The notes under the pieces: model-generated
The model's input: only the letters and a program-made list of their open reading frames with translations
Databases searched by the model: none
What the model was told of the DNA's origin: nothing
Made by a program: the position numbers and the translations under genes
Assembly (NCBI GenBank): GCA_018304385.1
Contig: JAGVWJ010000039.1
Coordinates: forward strand, 1 to 21,007
DNA length: 21,007 bases
Direction of reading: 5' to 3'
DNA from: Candidatus Micrarchaeota archaeon
Lineage (GTDB): Archaea > Micrarchaeota > Micrarchaeia > Anstonellales > Bilamarchaeaceae
Part shown: in pieces, positions 7,898 through 14,312 of the stretch
Layout: each line of letters opens with the position of its first letter
How positions within the stretch are numbered: the first letter of the stretch is position 1

Positions 7898-7963
7898 TCA
7901 CTTCCCCTGCACTTTATCCTAGTATTAGCAATAACCCTAAAATCATCCTAGCTCAAAACGCTT

Positions 7964-8155
7964 TTAGACTTTTTTCACGTTCTTTGCACGCAACCCGCGT
8001 TCGCTTGATTCAACCTCGTACTCTACAGCGTCGCCGGTCGCTAGTACTGCTCCACCTTCAACTGCCGAAGTGTGCACGTACACGTCCTTACCATCATCAC
8101 CTGTGATAAAACCAAAACTACGCGCGGTATTAAACATTTTTACTTTTCCTTTCAT
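7964..8155 (-). CDS. Cold-shock protein (CspA family)
   Basis: MKGKVKMFN...FGFI (RNP1), DVYVH (RNP2), VEYEV...RAKNV; GAGGGTGA ribosome-binding site upstream. Confidence 0.95.
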   Translation of the reverse strand: MKGKVKMFNTARSFGFITGDDGKDVYVHTSAVEGGAVLATGDAVEYEVESSERGLRAKNVKKV

Positions 8156-8276
8156 TAGATCACCCTCTTTTCATATTACTTTTGAAGCGTATAGCTTATA
8201 AATTTTTATTATAACTAAATTTTCCCGAGATCTTTCAAATAGAAATCTTCTTAAATCATAAGTCAATAGAATAACT

Positions 8277-9659
8277 ATGAGACTAACTTTTAATGGTGCA
8301 GCTGGAATTGTTACGGGTTCCTGCTATCTTCTAGAAACAACTGGAGAAAAAATTCTTATCGACTGCGGAATGTTTCAGGGTACGAAAGATATAACCAGAA
8401 TGAACTACGAACCATTCAGATTCAAACCTAACGAAATTTCTTACTTATTGCTAACTCACGCTCACATAGATCATTCAGGTCTCATACCCAAGCTAATAAA
8501 AAATGGTTTCCACGGAAAAATAATCGCAACACCACCTACAGTAGATCTGGCAAAAATTATGCTAAAAGATTCAGCTCATGTAAATGAAGACGATACTCTT
8601 CATGAAAATAAAAGACGTATGAGGCTGGGGCTTAAACCAAGAGACCCATTGTATGCGCTTAGTGACGTGCTTAGGTCATTTGAATTTTTCCATCAGATTG
8701 GATATGAAAATCCATATTCACTTACAGATAAAATCACTGTAATATTCCACAACGCTGGCCATATTTTAGGATCTTCCATAGTGGAACTCTTAGTTAGAGA
8801 AGCAGGAAAAACTACGAAGATAATGTTTTCTGGAGATTTAGGTCAGGGAGGAACTCAGATCTTAGAAGACCCTGCAACTATTCAGGAAGCTGATTTTGTT
8901 CTTGTTGAGTCAACATATGGAAATCGTCCGCGTGAGGATGCTACAATACGTGGAGAACTTCTGTCCAAAGAAATAAATGAAGCATTTGCTAGAGGCGGAA
9001 AACTGATGATCCCGTCTTTTGCAGTTGAAAGAACACAGGAATTGCTCTATTATTTGCACATTTTAATTCGTGATGGGAACTTCCCTGCTGAAATTGTATT
9101 TCTTGATAGCCCCCTTGCAATCGAGGTTACTGAAGTTTTCAAAAGATACATGAATTATTTCTCCCCAAGATTGAGAAAGGAATTCACCAATCCATTCACC
9201 TTCAATCAGTTGAAATGCCTTAGGACTGCAGATGAATCACGCAGCATGAACGACTATAATAAACCATGTATAATAATAGCTGGCAGTGGTATGTGCAATG
9301 CTGGAAGAATTAGGCATCACCTTAAACATAATATATGGAAATCAGAGAATACACTGCTTTTTGTAGGTTATCAGGCTGAAGGAACTTTAGGCAGAGTTAT
9401 TCTTGATGGTGCAAAGAAAGTTAGAATGATGGGGCTCGAAGTAGCGGTAAATGCCAAGATAAGAAAAATAGAAAGTTTTTCTTCTCATGCAGATTCTAAG
9501 CACTTGACCAGCTGGATTACTGCTCTTAGAAACAAACCAAAGAAAATTTTCATAACCCACGGGGAGCCTGCTTCAGCAAGAGGACTTGAATCTAATCTTA
9601 GGAAACTAGGTTTTCGGACACATGTTCCGCGTATTGGAGAAGTTGTTGAACTGAAATAA
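8277..9659 (+). CDS. MBL-fold beta-CASP ribonuclease (COG1236-type, no KH domains)
   Basis: HAHIDHSG, AGHILGS, SGDLG, ESTYG, AGSGMC, SSHAD and THGE motifs are all intact. Confidence 0.93.
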   Translation: MRLTFNGAAGIVTGSCYLLETTGEKILIDCGMFQGTKDITRMNYEPFRFKPNEISYLLLTHAHIDHSGLIPKLIKNGFHGKIIATPPTVDLAKIMLKDSAHVNEDDTLHENKRRMRLGLKPRDPLYALSDVLRSFEFFHQIGYENPYSLTDKITVIFHNAGHILGSSIVELLVREAGKTTKIMFSGDLGQGGTQILEDPATIQEADFVLVESTYGNRPREDATIRGELLSKEINEAFARGGKLMIPSFAVERTQELLYYLHILIRDGNFPAEIVFLDSPLAIEVTEVFKRYMNYFSPRLRKEFTNPFTFNQLKCLRTADESRSMNDYNKPCIIIAGSGMCNAGRIRHHLKHNIWKSENTLLFVGYQAEGTLGRVILDGAKKVRMMGLEVAVNAKIRKIESFSSHADSKHLTSWITALRNKPKKIFITHGEPASARGLESNLRKLGFRTHVPRIGEVVELK

Positions 9660-9714
9660 CTATACTGTGCACAATAACATAAAATTACCACCTACCTCTA
9701 ACTTTTTAATCTAG

Positions 9715-9760
9715 TCTTCCAAAGTCTCACAAGGTGGGTTAATGAAAAAAATCGAAGCGC
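9715..9760 (+). repeat. Direct repeat copy 1 of the APC permease leader and first codons
   Basis: 43/46 identical to 10855-10900; identical 32-bp core TCTCACAAGGTGGGTTAATGAAAAAAATCGAA at 9725-9756 and 10865-10896 (1140 bp apart). Confidence 0.92.
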
Positions 9761-9894
9761 TTGGCCAGATAATACAGAAGTGTATCATCGTTTGGTTTCT
9801 CATGCCATTAGCAACTATACGAACAAAAAATTACAAGATATCTTATTCTAATCTATTCAGTCAATCACCTAAGTCGTATCCGGCCAGCCTTTAA
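9742..9894 (+). CDS. Possible 50-aa ORF opened by the duplicated start (MKKIEALGQIIQKCIIVWFLMPLATIRTKNYKISYSNLFSQSPKSYPASL)
   Basis: AGGTGG ribosome-binding site and ATG copied from the APC gene; no recognisable family; may be a remnant. Confidence 0.25.
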   Translation: MKKIEALGQIIQKCIIVWFLMPLATIRTKNYKISYSNLFSQSPKSYPASL

Positions 9895-9917
9895 TAGGTC
9901 TTTTGCTGTAATCTTAA

Positions 9918-10132
9918 CTACGCTTACGACCGATAAATCGCCGATGCGATTTATGGTCCATTGTTCGATGCGTCGAACAATCGGAACCAAAATTTGGCGT
10001 TTGTAGATATCCTGAAACCGACCTTCGGTTTCAATCTATCAGCAACCTGCTGGTTGCCGATACCGACATTTTCGTGCTGATATAGACGTTTTTACGTCGT
10101 AGGGAACTGAGTCCGATTATCTCTTCCCCTAC
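9918..10132. ncRNA. Unassigned multi-hairpin structured element (ncRNA, intron-like or MITE-like)
   Basis: Perfect stems: 9933-9954 (9 bp), 9960-9981 (9 bp), 10013-10033 (9 bp, plus TAGAT/ATCTA), 10042-10057 (6 bp), 10085-10098 (5 bp), GTAGGG/CCCTAC 10099-10132. Basal stem CTTACGAC (9923-9930) / GTCGTAGG (10096-10103). The structure is directly visible; its class is unknown. Confidence 0.6.
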
Positions 10133-10177
10133 ATTAACTTTTTTCTGTAACTCTGCACCCTTTAGTTCTGTAATTTT

Positions 10178-10777
10178 TCATTTTATAGAAGCCCTAAGAA
10201 AAAATCTTGCATATAAATAACCAAATATGAATGGACCTATATGAGCTGCGTGAGCTATATTTACACCAGGAAACGGCTTAAAAATATTAAATATATCTAA
10301 AGCTTCGTAAATTAAAAAAAGTATCAAAGCAGTTCGAACTTTCATTTTTATAAAAAATACTTCGATATTTGTATTCAAAAATAATAGGACACACGCACCA
10401 AAAACTGCAGAAACAGAATCACTAGCACCTATTGCAGTTCCACTTCCCCCCAAACCTAATACTAGCACGATAGTCATGCTAATAGCACCTACGAAACCAC
10501 CTAGAAAAAAAAGTTTTAAGAGTTCTTTGCTGTTAAACTTGCTCTCAAGCAGGTTGCCAAAAATAAAAAGCGCGTACATATTTTGGAATAAGTGAATCGG
10601 GTGCCCATGGAGAAAGACGTGGGTAAAAATCCTATAGGGTTGATTGATCACTTCTGTTATGGAAAAACGAAATGCTTCACGGTAGCCATCATCCCATGTT
10701 TGAATAATAAATGTTAAAATAATTATCACAATAAGGATGTTGGTCGCACTTATATATCTTTTAAGATCGAGTGACAT
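10178..10777 (-). CDS. Rhomboid family intramembrane serine protease
   Basis: YRIFTHVFLH..PIHLFQNMYALFIFGNLLE, catalytic-Ser motif GAS(D), AHAAHIG. Confidence 0.9.
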   Translation of the reverse strand: MSLDLKRYISATNILIVIIILTFIIQTWDDGYREAFRFSITEVINQPYRIFTHVFLHGHPIHLFQNMYALFIFGNLLESKFNSKELLKLFFLGGFVGAISMTIVLVLGLGGSGTAIGASDSVSAVFGACVLLFLNTNIEVFFIKMKVRTALILFLIYEALDIFNIFKPFPGVNIAHAAHIGPFIFGYLYARFFLRASIK

Positions 10778-10854
10778 TGAGTTATTACTAAGTTAATAGT
10801 TAAAAATTTATTGATCTATTATAGAATATTGGGTCCGTATATATTTAAACTTGA

Positions 10855-10900
10855 TCTTCTAAAATCTCACAAGGTGGGTTAATGAAAAAAATCGAAACGC
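10855..10900 (+). repeat. Direct repeat copy 2 (native APC permease leader and start)
   Basis: See copy 1 at 9715-9760. Confidence 0.92.
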
Positions 10901-12264
10901 CTAGTCTGAAGAAGGAATTGGGCTTATTAGGCAGCTTTGCAATGGGATTTGCAGATGTTGGCGCTGATATATTCCTAGCACTTGGACTTATTGCAGCATA
11001 CGCACACGGCTTAATGCCACTAGCAATATTAGTTGTAGCAATCGTATATATTTGCTCTGGATTGGCTTATGCAGAGTTAGGCGCGGCAATACCTGTTTCT
11101 GGAGGATCATCTGCATTTGCAAAAGAAACATTTGGGAATTTTGCTGGTTTCTTAGCTGGCTGGGGTTTAATATTAGATTACACGCTATGCATAGCATTAT
11201 TTGCATTTGCATCTGCAGGTTATTTGTCATTCTTTTTTCCAGCAATTGCTAGTCTAATCCCATCAATAGCAGCGCTTTTAATCTTCGTATTAATGGCAGT
11301 TAATTTATTAGGAATAAAAGAATCCTCTTCAGTTAATTCTGCGCTTACGGTCATAGTAATCGTAATAGTGACAGCTCTAATATTTCTAGGTTTTAGTTTT
11401 TCATTTGATTATGAAAAATTTAAATCTGGATTGACTCCGATAGCAAAGGACCCTGGGTTTAGAGATTTCTTGTATTCAATAACAATAGCAATGGTAACAT
11501 TTGTTGGCATAGAAAGTATATCTCAAGGTGCTGAAGAAACAAAGGATCCGGGAAAGACGATACCGCGAGCTACATTATTATCTATATTTTTCGTTGTTGT
11601 ATTTGCTATTTTTATGTCTGTTATGGCGCTTGGACTCGTAACGCCAGCAACGCTTGCAGAAAATATGGAAAAACCATTAATCCCGGTTGCAGATGCACTC
11701 CCATTTGCAAATGTGCTAGTTCCAATAGTTGCCTTTGCCGGCTTCATGATATGCTTTGTTTCTGCGAACACAGGTGTAATTGGTGTTTCAAGAGTAGTTT
11801 ATTTCATGGGAAAGTCTGGATTAGTATCAAGAAGATTAAGCTGGGTGCATCCTAAATTTAGAACGCCTTGGATAACTACAATCATATTCTCGATTATTGC
11901 GATGCTACTTGCATACTTTAGCGATATGGTGCTTCTAGGGGAGCTTTATGCATTCGGCGCGCTAACCGCTTATACGCTAACGAATCTCTCTTCAATGCAA
12001 CTTAGAATAAAAATGCCAGACTTAATAAGGCCTTTCAAAATGCCATTTAACGTAAAAATAGGAGAACACGAGATATCACTCGTCTCGCTAGTTGGAATAT
12101 TCAGCTGTCTTACTATATTTATATTAGTAGCATTTCTACATGTTGAAGGAAGAAATTTCGCATTTCTTTGGTTCTTGATTGGTATTATATACTTTAAATT
12201 TTATCAAGATTATAGAAACAAAGAACAGAAAATGATCGCGCATAACAAAGCGCAATTTATTTAA
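10882..12264 (+). CDS. APC-family amino acid permease
   Basis: About 12 TM helices; LAYAELGAAIPVSGG, FVGIESISQGAEET..P..TIPRA, SRVVYFMG, HPKFRTPW, RPFKMP. Confidence 0.93.
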   Translation: MKKIETPSLKKELGLLGSFAMGFADVGADIFLALGLIAAYAHGLMPLAILVVAIVYICSGLAYAELGAAIPVSGGSSAFAKETFGNFAGFLAGWGLILDYTLCIALFAFASAGYLSFFFPAIASLIPSIAALLIFVLMAVNLLGIKESSSVNSALTVIVIVIVTALIFLGFSFSFDYEKFKSGLTPIAKDPGFRDFLYSITIAMVTFVGIESISQGAEETKDPGKTIPRATLLSIFFVVVFAIFMSVMALGLVTPATLAENMEKPLIPVADALPFANVLVPIVAFAGFMICFVSANTGVIGVSRVVYFMGKSGLVSRRLSWVHPKFRTPWITTIIFSIIAMLLAYFSDMVLLGELYAFGALTAYTLTNLSSMQLRIKMPDLIRPFKMPFNVKIGEHEISLVSLVGIFSCLTIFILVAFLHVEGRNFAFLWFLIGIIYFKFYQDYRNKEQKMIAHNKAQFI

Positions 12265-12287
12265 TTGTATTAGAATTATATTCTATT

Positions 12288-12920
12288 ATGACCAGTCATG
12301 AGATTATTCATGGTTTAGCTTATTTCATATTCCTTATTGCACTGCTTCTTACAATCTATTTTCGCGATAAGGCAAGAAAATTACCAAAGATTACTGGAAA
12401 GGAGATACGTTCGGTATACCGCAAAGCGTGGGTGGAATCTGTTCTTAAAAGCGGAGACAAAGCCCAGTTCATACAAACAATGCGGAATAATATCTCTATA
12501 TCAACTGCATTACTTGGGGCTACTATTGTTTCATTTGGCTTAATATTAAACGCAGGAATTATAAAACAAAACGGGGATATTTTTATTGCTGTTAGAATAC
12601 TTTCAATGATATCTCTGATTGGATATGCGCTTTTTATGTTACTTCTAGAAATAAGAACGCTTACATATATCCCTATAGTATCGCATGTTCCTGAGGCTTA
12701 TATCAAAAAGTATGAAAAAACAGATAAAGCAAGCTATATCGCAAAGCTTTTGCATGAATCTTTTGATTATTTTTCTAATACGGTCCGTGCATTGTTTTAT
12801 ATTGCGCCGTTACTTATTTGGTTTTACAATGTTTATCTATTTATAGTTGCAACCATGATTATTTCATACGCTATGTATCATGAAGATTTCGGAACAAAGA
12901 GCGGGATTGTCTTATTCTAA
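12288..12920 (+). CDS. Membrane protein, DUF599-like
   Basis: R..W...V....AQFIQTMRNNISISTALL and FSNTVRALFYIAPLLIWF resemble the DUF599 pattern; multiple TM helices. Confidence 0.7.
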   Translation: MTSHEIIHGLAYFIFLIALLLTIYFRDKARKLPKITGKEIRSVYRKAWVESVLKSGDKAQFIQTMRNNISISTALLGATIVSFGLILNAGIIKQNGDIFIAVRILSMISLIGYALFMLLLEIRTLTYIPIVSHVPEAYIKKYEKTDKASYIAKLLHESFDYFSNTVRALFYIAPLLIWFYNVYLFIVATMIISYAMYHEDFGTKSGIVLF

Positions 12921-12925
12921 ATTAT

Positions 12926-13411
12926 TTATTCAAAATTCGTCCTTGAAATTTTTATAAAGTGAATATCTTCTTTCTCAATATATGCAATTACTAGTTCTTT
13001 CCTTAGTTTTCCGGCAAATCCTATTGCTTGTTTTATATCTTTCATATTAGTTTGCCAGTCTCTTGGCACAACCTTCAAAACGTATTGCGTTCTATCCTCG
13101 CCAACGCGAATTCCTTTTTGATGGACACGAAAATATTCAGTAGTATCCATGCTGACTCTTGTAATATAACCGCGATCTCTTAGAAATTTTATTATTTTGT
13201 ATTTATCATCTGCAAGTGCATCACCTTTTCTTGCATTTTCCAGTATTTTATCTTTATCAAATTTTATTACTCCTTTATCTGCGAAATATGCAGCCTCTAG
13301 CAATGGTAATTTTGCTTTTCCGCCTTCTTCAATTCCTGCACCTAAACCAATCAATTTTGTAATAAGCTCACTATCACTGACCTCTAAATAATCTTCATAA
13401 AGTTTTATCAT
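12926..13411 (-). CDS. tRNA splicing endonuclease, non-catalytic structural (beta) subunit
   Basis: LPLLEAAY, YKIIKFLRDRGY, FRVxxKG, YVLKV, AGKLRKELVIAYI match the EndA fold. Catalytic Tyr is replaced by His (FRVH) and catalytic His by Arg (EDRTQY). AGGTG ribosome-binding site. Confidence 0.85.
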   Translation of the reverse strand: MIKLYEDYLEVSDSELITKLIGLGAGIEEGGKAKLPLLEAAYFADKGVIKFDKDKILENARKGDALADDKYKIIKFLRDRGYITRVSMDTTEYFRVHQKGIRVGEDRTQYVLKVVPRDWQTNMKDIKQAIGFAGKLRKELVIAYIEKEDIHFIKISRTNFE

Positions 13412-13419
13412 TTCTGCAC

Positions 13420-13878
13420 CTAAAATTTCTTAGACATCTTTCCTTTTGTATTCTGCAAGATCTGTTCTATTGCATTATTAGTTAAATTCTCTATATTCAT
13501 ATCCGCTTCGTGCGTTCCTCCAAGACTGTCTATGGTAATGCTCCCAATTCGTACTATTCTTTGAAATAGAGACTGATGTACATTAACATTAGCTATTCTT
13601 TCAAATGGTATTATAATTCTCTTAACACCTACAATGCCTGTTTTTAGGGTAATATCATGATCTGTTAGCTCTATTGATTTGAATCTATTTGCTATCCAAG
13701 TTAATAGCGATCTGAATATAACCAATATCCAAATTACTAATATTACTTGATTGTGATAATCACCTATATTACTTGGTAGATAAGGTGCTGAGAATTCCAC
13801 AAGTCCACTCATTATTACTCCAAATACAGTATATCTAAAATAAGAAGGCATGCCACTCGGGTGAAATACTTCAGTCAT
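13420..13878 (-). CDS. Membrane protein with bacterial PH domain (bPH_2/YdbS-like)
   Basis: Two N-terminal TM segments, then IELTDHDITLKTGIVG..RIIIPFERIANVNVHQSLFQRIVRIGSITIDSLG. Confidence 0.85.
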   Translation of the reverse strand: MTEVFHPSGMPSYFRYTVFGVIMSGLVEFSAPYLPSNIGDYHNQVILVIWILVIFRSLLTWIANRFKSIELTDHDITLKTGIVGVKRIIIPFERIANVNVHQSLFQRIVRIGSITIDSLGGTHEADMNIENLTNNAIEQILQNTKGKMSKKF

Positions 13879-13930
13879 ACTAATAATGGCTACTGAAGTT
13901 ATTAAAAAACCTTTCTTACCGATTGACTCT

Positions 13931-14312
13931 ATGATTACTGCTTACTGCGATGGTGCGTGCTCAGGAAACCCTGGACCAATGGGCATTGGCATAAATAAAA
14001 GAGATCAGCGAATTTATTGGAAAAGGCACGAATAATATTGCAGAATATAACGCAGCACTGCGAGCACTTGAAGAAGCGAAGAAGCTCGGGGAGAAAGAAG
14101 TTATTATTAGAAGTGATAGCCAACTACTTATTAAACAACTAAATAGAGAGTATAAAATAAAAGAAACGCATCTTAAGCCGTTAAAATTGAAGATTGATGA
14201 ATTATGTTTGGAGATACATGCTAAGTTTGAGCATGTTGAACGCGAGCGAAACAAACGAGCTGATTACTTATCTAAGAGGGCGATTTCCAATGAAACTAAC
14301 AACAAACCTTGA
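13931..14312 (+). pseudogene. rnhA: Ribonuclease HI, frameshifted near 13994
   Basis: 13931-14035 reads MITAYCDGACSGNPGPMGIGI then stops. The +1 frame from 13995 reads IKEISEFIGKGTNNIAEYNAALRALEEA...IRSDSQLLIKQL...HVERERNKRADYLSKRAI...* (TGA 14310-14312). Absent from the ORF track. Confidence 0.88.

Larger units (their letters stand above)
7610..7911 (+). tRNA. tRNA-Leu(GAG) interrupted by two non-canonical introns
   Basis: Acceptor GCAGGGG (7610-7616) / CCCCTGC (7904-7910), discriminator A7911, no encoded CCA. D-stem GCGG/ACGC. Anticodon arm TAAGG-TTGAGGG-CCTTA (7686-7702; GAG at 7693-7695). Long variable arm GGC-TTAGT-GCC. T-stem AAGTG (7718-7722) / CACTT (7899-7903). Exons 7610-7624, 7674-7728, 7898-7911. 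Confidence 0.93.

Noticed and set aside
9759-9851. Protein-like frame AWPDNTEVYHRLVSHAISNYTNKKLQDILF*
   Set aside because: No start codon in frame and no recognisable family; at most a remnant.
9918-10132. CRISPR array, SRP RNA, RNase P RNA or tRNA as identity of the hairpin cassette
   Set aside because: The hairpins do not share a sequence; no SRP helix-8 or RNase P P4 motifs seen; no cloverleaf could be assembled on either strand.
10178-10777. Rhomboid GxSG motif reads GASD
   Set aside because: Catalytic Ser and His are present; a single substitution is not enough to call it inactive or novel.
13935-14254. Minus-strand ORFs 13935-14123 and 13961-14254
   Set aside because: They are antisense to the frameshifted RNase HI, which explains the region.
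14194-14289. 32-aa N-terminal extension of the methyltransferase in the ORF track
   Set aside because: It overlaps the RNase HI 3' coding region in another frame; ATG 14290 is the better start.
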